Below, piece by piece: positions 19,111-30,124 of a DNA stretch of 64,000 nucleotides. Made by a program: the position numbers and the translations under genes. Within the stretch, counting starts at the first letter, position 1, and the number at the start of each line of letters is the position of its first letter. Where the stretch lies: the NCBI GenBank assembly GCA_015063905.1, contig SVTF01000004.1:9082-73081 (forward strand), in the 5' to 3' direction. The notes beneath the pieces are model-generated. The model saw only the letters and a program-made list of their open reading frames with translations, had not been told where the DNA came from and did no database searches. Source of the DNA: Oscillospiraceae bacterium (GTDB lineage Bacteria > Bacillota > Clostridia > Oscillospirales > CAG-272).

Positions 19111-19995
19111 TTAATCGTTTTTCAGACCCGAATAAACTGTTTCGGCAATTTTAGCGATCTCTTTTATCTCTTTTGCTTTACATGTGCGCAGTTTCTTTTT
19201 CTCGGGCAATCCCCACACATTAAAGACGCGCGGACCTATCCATTCGCAATATGAGCAATCGTCAAACACACCCTTAACAATGCAAAGCGCAGCACGGCGC
19301 GGCGACATGAATATTATCTTCATCGGATGCTTTATAATGGCGTAGATGAGCTTTGGATAATGCGCGGTTATATTTGTCAGCGTGATGCCCGGGTGCGTGA
19401 CGGAAAGCTTTACGCAGCTTTCATCCTTAAAAAGCTCATACAGCGAAAACATAAGATAACGCTTTGCGTTTCCGTAAACCTTGGATGCCGCGCTTGTCGT
19501 TGAAAAGTCTATATCGTCTTTATCTATTACAGAATAGTTATGCGCAATGCTTCCGACAACAATAACACGCCCATGATTTTTACTCAATACAGGCATCAGC
19601 TCTCGTATCATATAATACGGCGAAACAAAATTTATCTGATAAACGTTGTCAAATCCCGTTGAACACTTATGTCTTGGAATACTGTACGCGCCCGCATTGT
19701 GAATGAAAATATCAACCTTTGCGTCTGACAACTCTTTTACTGCTTGCCTCACGTCATCCATGTTTTCAAGATTAACTCGGATACGTGTGACGATGATGTC
19801 GGGATACGCCGCGAGCAAGACAGATCTATGCTCCTCGGACGTTTTTTCATTTCTGTCAAGCAGGCAGAGGTTTGCACCAAGAGAGGCGAGAAATTTGCAG
19901 ATTTCTCTACCAAGTCCGCCCGTTGAGCCCGTAATTGCCACGGTTTTGCCTTTTATGGAGCTTGAATTATCCGCTAACCACTTGTCTATGCTCAT
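19111..19995 (-). CDS. SDR family oxidoreductase
   Basis: TGSTGGLGREI cofactor motif and YGNAK catalytic motif. Start trimmed to MSIDKW (19995), 6 nt after AAAGGAG. Confidence 0.75.
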   Translation of the reverse strand: MSIDKWLADNSSSIKGKTVAITGSTGGLGREICKFLASLGANLCLLDRNEKTSEEHRSVLLAAYPDIIVTRIRVNLENMDDVRQAVKELSDAKVDIFIHNAGAYSIPRHKCSTGFDNVYQINFVSPYYMIRELMPVLSKNHGRVIVVGSIAHNYSVIDKDDIDFSTTSAASKVYGNAKRYLMFSLYELFKDESCVKLSVTHPGITLTNITAHYPKLIYAIIKHPMKIIFMSPRRAALCIVKGVFDDCSYCEWIGPRVFNVWGLPEKKKLRTCKAKEIKEIAKIAETVYSGLKND

Positions 19996-20145
19996 ATTGG
20001 ACTCCTTTCGCAAATATCACATATGATTATATCACCGCAAGTGTAAATAGTCAATCGATTTTAGCCAAATTTGCCTTTTTCTATTGCGAAACGCGCCGAT
20101 TTGTGTTATACTGTTTTTGTCGAATAAACACTCTTTGGAGGAGCT

Positions 20146-21369
20146 ATGAAAATTGAACAAAGATTTTTAAAATACGTTTCTTTTCCTACTATGTCAGACG
20201 AAACAAGTGAGACTGTTCCGAGCACCCAAAAGCAGCTTGCTTTAAGCAGATATATTCGCGACGAGCTTATTTCTCTCGGACTTTGCGACGTTGAGCTTGA
20301 TGATATGGGATACCTTTATGCAACGTTGCCGTCCAATACAGAAAAAGAGACAGTAACTCTCGGTCTTATCGCGCACGTCGACACGTCCGATGCCTGCGCG
20401 GACGCGCCTATCGTTACTAATACCGTTTTATACCAAGGAAGCGACATTTGCCTGAACAGTGAAAAGAATATTTTTCTATCAAGAAACGAGTATCCTGCTC
20501 TTGACAACTACGTTGGCGACCACCTTATAGTGACAGACGGCACAACGCTTTTAGGCGCTGATGACAAGGCGGGCATTTGCGCTATCGTTTCCGCCTTGGA
20601 AAAGATCATCAAAAGCGGAGATCCTCACGGAACTGTAAGGATATGCTTAACTCCCGATGAGGAGATCGGCAGAGGCGCAGATCATTTTGACGTTGAAAGA
20701 TTCGCGGCTGATTATGCATACACCGTTGACGGCGGAGCGCTTGGTGAGATAGAATACGAAAACTTTAACGCGGCATCCGCCATCGCGGAGTTTTGCGGCG
20801 TTTCCATCCATCCCGGATCCGCAAAGGATAAGATGAAAAACGCGCAGCTTATGGCTATGGACTTCAACGCGTTGCTTCCGAAAGATCAGATTCCCGCTAT
20901 GACTGAAGGATATGAAGGCTTTTTCCATCTTTGCGACATGTCGGGCGACTGCGAAAAAGCGAAGCTTATCTACATCATACGTGATCACGACAAACTGAAA
21001 TTTGATGAGAAAAAGGCACTTTTCTCAAGCTGCGCCGATGCTATAAATGAAAAGTACGGAAACGGTTGCTGCTCGGTAACTATTAAGGACTCATACTACA
21101 ACATGAAAGAGATCATAGACGATCACATGTACACCGTCGAACGTGCAGTTTCTGCTATGAAGGCTGTTGGAGTTGAACCCAAGATCATACCGATAAGAGG
21201 CGGCACGGACGGAGCCAGATTGTCCTTTATGGGTCTCCCATGTCCAAATATTTGTACGGGCGGCGAAAACTTCCACTCAAGATTTGAGTTTTTGTCTGTT
21301 GAGTCGCTATACAAGGTCGTTGACATCGTTGAAAGACTCGTGCTTGACTTAGCCCGCGAGGATAAATGA
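20146..21369 (+). CDS. pepT: Peptidase T (tripeptide aminopeptidase, M20B)
   Basis: N-terminus RFLKYVSFPTMSDE...PSTQKQ and the GLIAHVDT motif; about 407 aa. Confidence 0.85.
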   Translation: MKIEQRFLKYVSFPTMSDETSETVPSTQKQLALSRYIRDELISLGLCDVELDDMGYLYATLPSNTEKETVTLGLIAHVDTSDACADAPIVTNTVLYQGSDICLNSEKNIFLSRNEYPALDNYVGDHLIVTDGTTLLGADDKAGICAIVSALEKIIKSGDPHGTVRICLTPDEEIGRGADHFDVERFAADYAYTVDGGALGEIEYENFNAASAIAEFCGVSIHPGSAKDKMKNAQLMAMDFNALLPKDQIPAMTEGYEGFFHLCDMSGDCEKAKLIYIIRDHDKLKFDEKKALFSSCADAINEKYGNGCCSVTIKDSYYNMKEIIDDHMYTVERAVSAMKAVGVEPKIIPIRGGTDGARLSFMGLPCPNICTGGENFHSRFEFLSVESLYKVVDIVERLVLDLAREDK

Positions 21370-22136
21370 TGATATCAGCTGAAAACGAATATAGCAAACT
21401 CGGCATTCTGTCAGGATCAACTATAAAGATCCTTGCTTGCATCTTTATGGCGTTTGATCACGCGGGCGTAATATTTTTTTCAGATCTTACAGTTTTTCGC
21501 GCTATCGGCAGGCTTGCCTTTCCTTTGTTTGCTTATTTTATTGCCGAGGGCTGTAAATATACAAAGAACAAGCTGAAACGCTTTCTTACAGTCTTTATTA
21601 TCGGCGCAATGTATATTCTGTTCTATCTCATATATGCCAAAGAGGTATATTGCAACGTTTTTATAACCTTTTCAATATCAATACTTCTTATTTACCTTTG
21701 GACGTGGTTCAAAAAATACATATTTGATGACAGAAGGTTAACTTTAGCCACGCTATCTTTGCTGGGCATTATAGCTTTGGGCGCGGCGACCTGGTTTTTA
21801 TCAGAAAACGTATATCTTGAATATGGGTTCAAGGGTGCTATCTTACCCTTGCTTATAAGCTTGTTTGATTTCAAGGATATGAACGCGCCGTCGTTTTTAA
21901 AAAGGCTTGACAATCATTACGTAGCGCTATTATGCATGGCACTTGGTCTTTCGTTATTATGCATAAACGCAAATCTTGGCGAAATACAGCTGTATTCATT
22001 TCTCTCCGTTGCACTGCTTTTGCTTTACAACGGAAAGGTCGGCAATAAAAAAATGAAATACGCTTTTTACATCTTCTACCCTGCACACCTTGTAATTATT
22101 GAGGGCATTTCGATAATTATTTCGCTTGTTCGATGA
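21366..22136 (+). CDS. TraX family membrane protein (acyltransferase-like)
   Basis: LKILACIFMAFDHAG N-terminal motif; polytopic; 4-nt overlap with pepT. Confidence 0.7.
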   Translation: MMISAENEYSKLGILSGSTIKILACIFMAFDHAGVIFFSDLTVFRAIGRLAFPLFAYFIAEGCKYTKNKLKRFLTVFIIGAMYILFYLIYAKEVYCNVFITFSISILLIYLWTWFKKYIFDDRRLTLATLSLLGIIALGAATWFLSENVYLEYGFKGAILPLLISLFDFKDMNAPSFLKRLDNHYVALLCMALGLSLLCINANLGEIQLYSFLSVALLLLYNGKVGNKKMKYAFYIFYPAHLVIIEGISIIISLVR

Positions 22137-22174
22137 AATAAGGGACTCGGCAATATCCGAGTCCCTTTATCATT

Positions 22175-22771
22175 TTACGGCAGCTGCGCCATTAGCTCAC
22201 CACCGTGCTTTTTCAACCAATCGTAGCTCATTTTGTAATCGGGCAAAACACGCTCCACCTCATTCCAAAAGCTCTTTGAATGGTTCATCTCCTTCAAGTG
22301 ACACAGCTCATGGACAACAACGTAATCCAATACGTTTTCAGGAGCTAATAATAACAGGCAGTTAAAATTCAAATTACTTTTGTTGCTGCAGCTGCCCCAC
22401 CTTGTGTGTTGGCTTTTGATAGTTACACGGTTATAGCGCACGCCCATTTCCTTTGCAAAATGCTCTACACGCAAGGGTATTATTCGCTTTGCATCATCGA
22501 TCAGATACTGTATTTCATCAACACTCAGCTTTTTTATATTCTGTCTTTCTTCGGCGGCGCATAAAACGCTTTGACGTGTCTTGCTTATCCACTCCGACTT
22601 TTCCAGAACAAATTTATCGATCAGCTCCAACGGCATACGGTATGGCGCATATATAACGACCTCTCCATTAGGCTTTACCTTAATTGCGCACGTTTTTCTG
22701 GAGCTCCTGACTATCGGATATACAGTCTTTTTTAATTTTGACATATTCATCACCCGATAATAATTTACCAT
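22175..22771 (-). CDS. YgjP-like (DUF45/M48-like) metal-dependent hydrolase
   Basis: WGSCS....LNFN..L...P....DYVVVHELCHL.E.NHS..FW signature. The start codon is uncertain. Confidence 0.75.
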   Translation of the reverse strand: MVNYYRVMNMSKLKKTVYPIVRSSRKTCAIKVKPNGEVVIYAPYRMPLELIDKFVLEKSEWISKTRQSVLCAAEERQNIKKLSVDEIQYLIDDAKRIIPLRVEHFAKEMGVRYNRVTIKSQHTRWGSCSNKSNLNFNCLLLLAPENVLDYVVVHELCHLKEMNHSKSFWNEVERVLPDYKMSYDWLKKHGGELMAQLP

Positions 22772-22859
22772 ATCTTTAATGTTTTTGCAATAGTTTTATT
22801 GATTTTTCGGCTTTGATATGGTACAATGATATAAGATTTGATGGAAAGGATGTGAATAT

Positions 22860-24629
22860 ATGGCTTTTGACGCTTGTATGCTTGCATGCGTTGCCAAAGA
22901 GATCAATAGTATCGGTGGCGGCGGTAGGGTTGAAAAGATATATCAGCCCGAGCATGACGAGATCGTATTGCTGATGCGCACTACTATGGGCGGCAAGCGC
23001 TTGCTGATCAACGGGGGCGTTAATAATCCCAGAATTCATTTCACATCTGTAATTAAAGAAAATCCCGCTCAGGCACCAATGTTTTGTATGCTTCTTCGAA
23101 AGCACTTGAGTGGCGCAACGCTCGAATCCGTTGAGCAAATGGGGTTTGAACGAGTTGTCAAGCTTACGTTTGGCGCGCGTGACGAAATGGGATTCGACTG
23201 CAAAAAGCACCTTATTGCCGAGGTTATGGGAAAATACAGCAATCTCATTTTTGCTGACGGCAATATGAAGATCATTTCTTCTTTAAAAACTGTAGATTTT
23301 ACGACATCGAGCTTGCGACAGGTGCTTCCGGGCATGACCTATGCGCTCCCGCCAATTCAGAGCAAGATGGATCCAACAAGCACCGATGCCGAGCAATTTA
23401 CAAGCGCCGCCAAGACCTATCCCGCGGATAAATCGGCTTATAAGTTCATTACCGACTCTTATCTCGGTATATCAACTGCTTTAGCCCGTGAAATTGTTTA
23501 CAGAGCATGCGCAAAATACGATATGCCGCTTTCTTTGTGCGACATTGAAAAGCTATATTACGAGTTCTCCCGAGTGCTTGACACAGCTAAGAGTGGCATA
23601 TGCTCTCCATGCGTTATATATGATCACAACGTGCCGCTGGAGTATTGCTTCACTCCCCTTCGGTTTTACGGCGGCGAAAGCACTTTGCGATGCTTTGAAT
23701 CCTTGTCGGAGGCTCTTGACGCGTTTTATCAAGACAGAGATAAGGAACTGCGCGTCAAGCAACGCGCCGCTGATATATTCCGCATGCTCACTGCGGCGGA
23801 GTCCAGAATAATCAAAAAGCTGGAGCGTCAAAGGTCCGAGCTTGCCGACTGCGAAAGAGGCACAGAGTACAAGAAATACGGTGATCTCATAAGCAGCAAC
23901 ATATACCGTTTGTCAAAAAAGGACAAGTGCGTTGAGGTTGTTGATTACGAAAATTGGAATGACGAAAAGCAGGATTATGAAAAAACAGTAATTGAGCTTG
24001 ATGAAAGTTTAACGCCCGCCGCAAACGCTCAAAAATATTACAAGCTTTACAATAAATCAAAGAACGCAAAGGTATATCTCGCTCAACAAATTGCTTTAGG
24101 AGAAAAAGAAATTGTATATATCCATTCGGTTTTTGACGCTTTGACCAAAGCGGAGACCTCTGCTGACATTGTCGAAATACGTGATGAGCTGTACAAAAGC
24201 GGCTACGCCTCAAAAATGAAAGGATATGCCGCTCCTAAAAAATCACACAAGCCCGAGGTTGCCGAATTCAGAACCACCAACGGTTACCGTGTGCTCTGCG
24301 GAAAGAACAACTATCAAAATGAGTATATCACACACACTGTTGCAGAAAAGCACGACTATTGGTTCCATGCCAAAAACGTTGCCGGTTCTCATGTGCTATT
24401 GATAACGCAAGGTGAAGAACCGCCCGAACAGGATTTCACGGATGCATGCGAAATTGCGGCGCTTTATTCCAAGGCATCCAAGGGTCAGCTTGTTTGCGTG
24501 GATTATCTGTTTGCAAAAGGAGTAAAAAAGGTATCAGGCGCAAAACCTGGATTTGTTATATACCATAGCAATTGGAGCGCTTACGTAACTCCAAATGCAG
24601 AAAGAATAGCATCGCTCAGAGTCAAATAG
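22860..24629 (+). CDS. rqcH: Ribosome quality-control factor RqcH (NFACT / FbpA family)
   Basis: MAFDACML....GGRVEKIYQPEHDEIVL NFACT-N domain, a coiled-coil middle region, and a C-terminal NFACT-R (DYWFHAKNVAGSHVLL). Confidence 0.85.
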   Translation: MAFDACMLACVAKEINSIGGGGRVEKIYQPEHDEIVLLMRTTMGGKRLLINGGVNNPRIHFTSVIKENPAQAPMFCMLLRKHLSGATLESVEQMGFERVVKLTFGARDEMGFDCKKHLIAEVMGKYSNLIFADGNMKIISSLKTVDFTTSSLRQVLPGMTYALPPIQSKMDPTSTDAEQFTSAAKTYPADKSAYKFITDSYLGISTALAREIVYRACAKYDMPLSLCDIEKLYYEFSRVLDTAKSGICSPCVIYDHNVPLEYCFTPLRFYGGESTLRCFESLSEALDAFYQDRDKELRVKQRAADIFRMLTAAESRIIKKLERQRSELADCERGTEYKKYGDLISSNIYRLSKKDKCVEVVDYENWNDEKQDYEKTVIELDESLTPAANAQKYYKLYNKSKNAKVYLAQQIALGEKEIVYIHSVFDALTKAETSADIVEIRDELYKSGYASKMKGYAAPKKSHKPEVAEFRTTNGYRVLCGKNNYQNEYITHTVAEKHDYWFHAKNVAGSHVLLITQGEEPPEQDFTDACEIAALYSKASKGQLVCVDYLFAKGVKKVSGAKPGFVIYHSNWSAYVTPNAERIASLRVK

Positions 24630-24651
24630 AGTTGCTGTTAACTAATACTTT

Positions 24652-24682
24652 AATTGCCCGAAACACATCGGGCAATTTTTTT
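24652..24682 (+). terminator. Rho-independent terminator after rqcH
   Basis: AATTGCCCG / CGGGCAATT stem followed by TTTTT. Confidence 0.75.
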
Positions 24683-24690
24683 AATTTGGA

Positions 24691-24719
24691 TTGACAATAT
24701 GCTCTCATTATGATATAAT
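24691..24719 (+). promoter_or_regulatory. Sigma-A promoter of the solute-binding lipoprotein gene
   Basis: TTGACA (24691-24696), 17 nt, TATAAT (24714-24719). Confidence 0.55.
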
Positions 24720-24763
24720 GTATTTGTATATTAAGATCATTTTTCTGAAAGGATCAGTATAAA

Positions 24764-26242
24764 ATGTTTAATTTGAAAAAGTTGTTGGCTTTTTTATTGG
24801 CTTTGTTAATGATCTTAGCTGCTTTTGTCGGTTGCGATAAGGCGGAGGATACCGAAAACTTTGACGATCTTTATGAAGACGATTTTGATGATCTCGAGTA
24901 TTTCCCCGACGTTGAAAAAAACAATTACAATGATGATCTCAACTTCTACGTCGTTACACAGGGCGAACAGGACTTTTACGTTCTTGAAGAAAGTAACGGA
25001 AGCCCGATGGATGAGGCTGTTTACGCAAGGCAGGAGCGAATAAGAAGGTATCTTGGCGTTTCTATGATACTTTATAGCCCGACGGGATACGATTGGCAGA
25101 CTTATGCTCAGGCGGTTTCAAACGCTATAACCAACAAGGACGGCACGATCGACGCAATGATCCCCATGAACTATGCTCAGGTAACTAAGCTTGTTTCGGA
25201 GCATTATCTTGAGGACTGGTTAGAGATAGATGGCGTGGATCTGTATGCTGAGTATTGGAATCTCAAGGCGATGGAAGAACTTGAGCTTAAGGGACGTTGT
25301 TTCTTTGCGCTCGGTGACTGCATCATACTTAACACATACATAGTTGGCTTTAATAAGGACATGTATGCAAAATACAAGGACAACGAAGTATTTGGCGGCA
25401 AGACGTTTTATGATCTTGTTTATGACTACGAGTGGACTTGGGAAAAAATGATTGAGATATCCAGCCTCGTTTATCTCGACCGAACAGGTGACGGAAAAAC
25501 ACTTGACGATACATACGGATTTTCATCTAATGGATGGGAATTCAGCACGTCGATCATTCAGGCATGCGGAATGAAGCTGCTTGAAATGGACGAAGCCGGA
25601 AACTGGAAAATGGCTATCAACAATTCAACCAACTATCCCAAAATGCAAAAGCTTGTAGAGATACTTTCCGAGTGGTATAAGAGCGAGAACGCTTACGTTG
25701 CCTTCAAGAGCGCGAGCTGGGAATCTGAGCCCGTTGTCAGCATGACTTCAGGAAGAACGCTCATGTCCTTTGGTAGCACGGCAAACCTCGAGAGTTGGCT
25801 TGATTATGACATCGATTTCGGTGTTCTTCCCTATCCGATGTATGACACCAACCAAAAAGCCTATTATTCACTTCAGTGGTCCGGCCTATTGGCTTTGCCA
25901 ACTTATATGACCGATCCACAGATGAGTGCGGAAACCATGGAAATGTTCTGTTTCTACAGCGATCCCGTTAGAGTTACTTTCTATGAGAAATTGCTTGGCA
26001 AGCAGGTCTCCGACGCGCCCGAGGATGCAGATATGCTTGACATTATCTGGGATAGCTTGTGCCTTGACATAGGTCAAACGTTCTGCCAGGTTGATTACGC
26101 GCTCCCAATTCCTTATACGCTCTCTCTTACCACTGACCCTGACCCGAGTACAGGATCAGAAACCAATCTTGCGTCTCTGTTTGCTAAAAAAGAGGCGTTG
26201 GTAAATAACGGTATGATAGAATTCTTAAAGAGTATTAAGTAA
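24764..26242 (+). CDS. Extracellular solute-binding lipoprotein (ABC-transporter SBP family 1-like), orphan
   Basis: Signal peptide with lipobox AFVGC, an acidic linker (DTENFDDLYEDDFDDLEYF), and about 450 aa of SBP-like sequence. No permease or ATPase gene is adjacent. Confidence 0.65.
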   Translation: MFNLKKLLAFLLALLMILAAFVGCDKAEDTENFDDLYEDDFDDLEYFPDVEKNNYNDDLNFYVVTQGEQDFYVLEESNGSPMDEAVYARQERIRRYLGVSMILYSPTGYDWQTYAQAVSNAITNKDGTIDAMIPMNYAQVTKLVSEHYLEDWLEIDGVDLYAEYWNLKAMEELELKGRCFFALGDCIILNTYIVGFNKDMYAKYKDNEVFGGKTFYDLVYDYEWTWEKMIEISSLVYLDRTGDGKTLDDTYGFSSNGWEFSTSIIQACGMKLLEMDEAGNWKMAINNSTNYPKMQKLVEILSEWYKSENAYVAFKSASWESEPVVSMTSGRTLMSFGSTANLESWLDYDIDFGVLPYPMYDTNQKAYYSLQWSGLLALPTYMTDPQMSAETMEMFCFYSDPVRVTFYEKLLGKQVSDAPEDADMLDIIWDSLCLDIGQTFCQVDYALPIPYTLSLTTDPDPSTGSETNLASLFAKKEALVNNGMIEFLKSIK

Positions 26243-26253
26243 AATATTTAACA

Positions 26254-26286
26254 AACAAGACCGTCGTATCTCGACGGTCTTGTTTT
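26254..26286. terminator. Bidirectional terminator between the SBP gene and pcrA
   Basis: AACAAGACCGTCG tatct CGACGGTCTTGTT followed by TT. Confidence 0.8.
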
Positions 26287-26295
26287 ATATTCAGA

Positions 26296-28731
26296 TCAGA
26301 TTTTTTTAAGTCGGGCGTATGTTGCCATAAGCTTTTTTGTTCCAACCTTATCAAACATAACCTCGTACAGCATATCTGCTCCCATAGACCTCGCGGACAG
26401 TATTTCACCGTCCCCAAAGGTCATGTGCCTTACTCTGTCGCCCGGTTTCAACGCGTCTCCCGTTTGAACGGCGGGTCTTGGCTTTATTATTGGCTTACCT
26501 ACGGTTGCGTTGTCGCCAACAGAAATACTATGTGCAGGCGTCCTTGTATATCTGCTATCCGCATCGGTATTATCGTGAAAATACACCTTGACACTTGGGC
26601 GCGTGATACCATAAAATCCACTTGTGCTTTCGTTTCCCTCTCGCTTGACGTATTGCTCCGGTATCTCGGTGACAAAGCGTGATATGGGATTATACTGAGT
26701 TTGTCCGTAAAGCAAGCGCGATTTTGTATGAAGTATGTATATCTTTTCCTTAGCCCGTGTCAGTGCGACGTATGCAAGGCGCCTCTCTTCTTCAATGTCA
26801 TCAGTTCCCAATATTGTCTGCTGACTTGGAAATATACCGTCCTCAAACCCGGGGATCACAACTATCGGGAATTCAAGTCCCTTTGCGCTGTGAACAGTCA
26901 TAAGCACCACCGCGTCGGCACTCTCGTCATATCTATCCACGTCTGCCACAAGAGCATTCTCTTCCAAAAAACCGGTAAGCGTGGGCTCTTCATTGTTGTT
27001 TACGTACTCAATAATTGCGGATTTGAATTCCTCAAGGTTTTCAAGTCTGTCCTTTTCTTCCGGTCCTGCCTGCTCTAACATTGCGCGATAGCCGCTATCC
27101 TCGATCACCGCATCAAAAAGGTCGGGTAGTGACAGATGTCTCGACTTAACGGTAAGTCCGTTTATCAGCGCGGCGAATGACTCAAGAACCGCAAAATTGC
27201 GCGACAGCGCGGTATAAGCGCTTGCGTTTTCAAGCACCTCAAACATAGAGCAATTCAGCTCTGCCGCTATCTGCGAAACCGCATCGATAGTTCTGTCTCC
27301 GATCTTGCGCTTGGGCTCGTTTATTATACGCAAAAGTCGTTCGCGGTCAGAGTGATTGGCGATCAATTGCAAGTAAGCAACAACGTCACGGATCTCCTTG
27401 CGATCCGAAAAACGAACACCGCCAAGCATTCTGTACGGTATGGCACTCTTGGCAAGCGCGCGCTCTATACTGCTTGACTGGGCATTATTTCTGTACAGTA
27501 TCGCAAAATCTCTGTACGACCTACCGTCGTGTGCCACCGCACGATACACGGTATCAACAATACTCTTTGCCTCAAGATTCTGATCGTCGACCTTTCGCAC
27601 GGTGATCTTTTCGCCCTTTTCTCCACAAGTCCAAAGCTTTTTGCCGTGACGACCCGTATTGTTGGATATTACGGCATTGGCGGCATCGAGAATGGTTTGC
27701 GTTGATCTGTAATTCTGTTCAAGCTTGATTATGCGGGCATTGGCAAAATCCTGCCCAAAATTTAAAATGTTATCGATCGTGGCTCCGCGAAATTTATATA
27801 TCGACTGATCATCATCACCAACCACCATAATATTGCCGTTTCTCGCGGAAAACATGGCAGTCAGTACAGATTGCGCGTCATTTGTATCCTGATACTCATC
27901 CACGCATACGTATTTGAACTTTTTTTGATAAAACTCAAGAACCGCGGGTTCTTTTTTGAACAGCTCAATGGTCTTCATTATTATGTCATCAAAGTCCATC
28001 GCGTTTGATGAATGTAAAGCTCTTTGATACTCGGCATATACCTTTGCTATCTTAGTGCGTCTGAAATCTCCGCTCGCCTCGGCTGCGAACATTTCGGGTG
28101 TGATCAGCTTGTCCTTTGCCCGACTGATAGCATTGATCACGCTCTTGATGGGAAAGGTCTTTTCGTCTATCATACAAGCCTTCATCGCAGAGGCAACCGC
28201 TTTCTTTGTATCATCGGCATCATATATGGTAAACTCTTTTTTATATCCTATCAGCTCGCAGTTTACACGCAGAATGCGCATGCATATTGAATGGAAGGTT
28301 CCAGCCCATATATCATTTGCGGCATCGCCGTCATCCAGAGCGTTTGATAGCCTGTTTTTGATCTCATTAGCCGCCTTATTTGTAAATGTTATTGCAAGCA
28401 TTCTATATGGAGGGCATGCGCCGTATGCAAAGTCGGAGAGCATCTCTTTTGCCGCATCCGCTCCATTTTGAGCTAACGCGCTTTCCATTTCTTCTATGTA
28501 CTTATCGTCTACCCACTCCGGAACGTAATCGTTATAATAAGCATCTCCATACTTGATGATAAACACAACGCGTTGAACCAAAACAGTGGTTTTGCCGCTT
28601 CCCGCCCCCGCTAACACGAGCAAAGGGCCGTCTACGTTAAAGACGGCTTTTCTTTGTTGCTCATTCAGATACGCATAGCACTTATCAAACAATGCTCGCT
28701 TAAGATTCAAATATTTATCGTTCAGATCCAT
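26296..28731 (-). CDS. pcrA: ATP-dependent DNA helicase PcrA (UvrD family, SF1A)
   Basis: Walker A AGAGSGKTTVL, DEYQDT, VGDDDQSIYKFRGA and other SF1 motifs; PcrA-type C-terminal Tudor-like tail. Confidence 0.9.
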   Translation of the reverse strand: MDLNDKYLNLKRALFDKCYAYLNEQQRKAVFNVDGPLLVLAGAGSGKTTVLVQRVVFIIKYGDAYYNDYVPEWVDDKYIEEMESALAQNGADAAKEMLSDFAYGACPPYRMLAITFTNKAANEIKNRLSNALDDGDAANDIWAGTFHSICMRILRVNCELIGYKKEFTIYDADDTKKAVASAMKACMIDEKTFPIKSVINAISRAKDKLITPEMFAAEASGDFRRTKIAKVYAEYQRALHSSNAMDFDDIIMKTIELFKKEPAVLEFYQKKFKYVCVDEYQDTNDAQSVLTAMFSARNGNIMVVGDDDQSIYKFRGATIDNILNFGQDFANARIIKLEQNYRSTQTILDAANAVISNNTGRHGKKLWTCGEKGEKITVRKVDDQNLEAKSIVDTVYRAVAHDGRSYRDFAILYRNNAQSSSIERALAKSAIPYRMLGGVRFSDRKEIRDVVAYLQLIANHSDRERLLRIINEPKRKIGDRTIDAVSQIAAELNCSMFEVLENASAYTALSRNFAVLESFAALINGLTVKSRHLSLPDLFDAVIEDSGYRAMLEQAGPEEKDRLENLEEFKSAIIEYVNNNEEPTLTGFLEENALVADVDRYDESADAVVLMTVHSAKGLEFPIVVIPGFEDGIFPSQQTILGTDDIEEERRLAYVALTRAKEKIYILHTKSRLLYGQTQYNPISRFVTEIPEQYVKREGNESTSGFYGITRPSVKVYFHDNTDADSRYTRTPAHSISVGDNATVGKPIIKPRPAVQTGDALKPGDRVRHMTFGDGEILSARSMGADMLYEVMFDKVGTKKLMATYARLKKI

Positions 28732-28749
28732 TTTATTCCCAATTCAATA

Positions 28750-30102
28750 TCAATACAATGACGATTTACAGTGCTGCTTTATGGCAGACTTTACGTAACC
28801 TATAAAATACCAGGTGACAAACACGAATACAATGCATAACGTATGGGAGATGATTCCTGACAGTTCAAAGACTAACCCCTTATACGTCCTTGGAATCGAA
28901 TATACATAATATAATCCTGATAGCGCCGCTATCACTCCGAGAGATAACACTGTAGCCGAGCCACAATTAAACTTTCGCTTCATCGCTTTATAGTCAGACG
29001 AACCAATATTACCCGACATATCGGTGTAGGAAACGAACAGATCTCTTATGGCGGGGATGGCGCACAGCAGCAAGCCAATAAAAATTACCGCCTCCGCTAC
29101 GTACATAAATAGCATGAAATAATAAGAGTTATACGCCTCAATATTTCTGATGACGTCGTTTGGAGAATGACGTGAAAAGAAATGATTTGTTGCAAGATCG
29201 CAAAATACCGCAGCCGCTATACCAAGCGTTGACGGAATAATCAAGAGCTTCCACTTTTCTGTGTGGCGTCTCAAAAATAACGCGCTGACAATAGCCGCAA
29301 TATACAACCATATATCCGATATTGCGTTTACACTGTCAACCGTAAAATCTAAGGACAGTATAAACGCGCCCGTCATAATGGCGAGTCCTATTGAAACGAC
29401 TCTGGATATAAAGAAATCCCGCGCATTCTGAATCTTTTCCAGATAAACGGTTTTCAAGCTTTCGACGAAATCAGCATCTTTATTGATGGCTCTGAAATAC
29501 TTAATAATTCTAACAAGCCATACTATCGCGACCGGAATGATTATAACAGCCGCAAAAAGACGCAGAACGTTAATAAATTCATAAGTGTCATCGGCTGCGA
29601 GGGTGGTAAATTCGGGCAAAGCCCAAAAGACGTTCTTAACTACAACAAACAACACTGAAAGCGCATACATATGCTCGGACGCATTTGCAGCCCCCTCTTT
29701 CTTTGTTTCATATACCGCGCTTCCGTTGTGGTAAGTTCCGAGGTACAAAAAGCCTTCAAACATTTTTTTATAGCCCGGAATTAATATAACAACGTCACTA
29801 AAAGCAAAAACGAAGATAAGCAAAAGTGATATTACCGACCTTTCCTGCTTTTCAAAAAGCAGGTTGATGGCCATCACAGCCACTATCCTCAACACCCCTA
29901 CCAATACGGCGATCCTGAACTGCTTGAAGGCATCCATCAGCTTTGGATTAATGTCAGCTAAGTTGATGAGGGCGAAACAAAGAATAAAATATCCGATAAA
30001 ATCAGGAAGTGGGTCAATCAATGAATAGCTTGGCTCAAATAAAAACAGAAAAGCGACGGGCATAAGTGAAAAGCCCATGTTTTTTCTCATTTTTCCGGTC
30101 AT
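28750..30102 (-). CDS. Hypothetical polytopic membrane protein (450 aa)
   Basis: AAGGAGG lies 7 nt before the ATG. About 10-12 hydrophobic helices and no motif I can name. Sits 18 nt upstream of pcrA. Confidence 0.7.
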   Translation of the reverse strand: MTGKMRKNMGFSLMPVAFLFLFEPSYSLIDPLPDFIGYFILCFALINLADINPKLMDAFKQFRIAVLVGVLRIVAVMAINLLFEKQERSVISLLLIFVFAFSDVVILIPGYKKMFEGFLYLGTYHNGSAVYETKKEGAANASEHMYALSVLFVVVKNVFWALPEFTTLAADDTYEFINVLRLFAAVIIIPVAIVWLVRIIKYFRAINKDADFVESLKTVYLEKIQNARDFFISRVVSIGLAIMTGAFILSLDFTVDSVNAISDIWLYIAAIVSALFLRRHTEKWKLLIIPSTLGIAAAVFCDLATNHFFSRHSPNDVIRNIEAYNSYYFMLFMYVAEAVIFIGLLLCAIPAIRDLFVSYTDMSGNIGSSDYKAMKRKFNCGSATVLSLGVIAALSGLYYVYSIPRTYKGLVFELSGIISHTLCIVFVFVTWYFIGYVKSAIKQHCKSSLY

Positions 30103-30124
30103 GCTACCACCTCCTTTTATAATC

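Noticed and set aside
21366-22136. A TraX-family gene as a possible remnant of a conjugative element.
   Set aside because: There are no relaxase, T4SS, integrase or repeat boundaries nearby. The gene overlaps pepT by 4 nt in a housekeeping context, and TraX-like acyltransferase-type membrane proteins are widespread outside plasmids.
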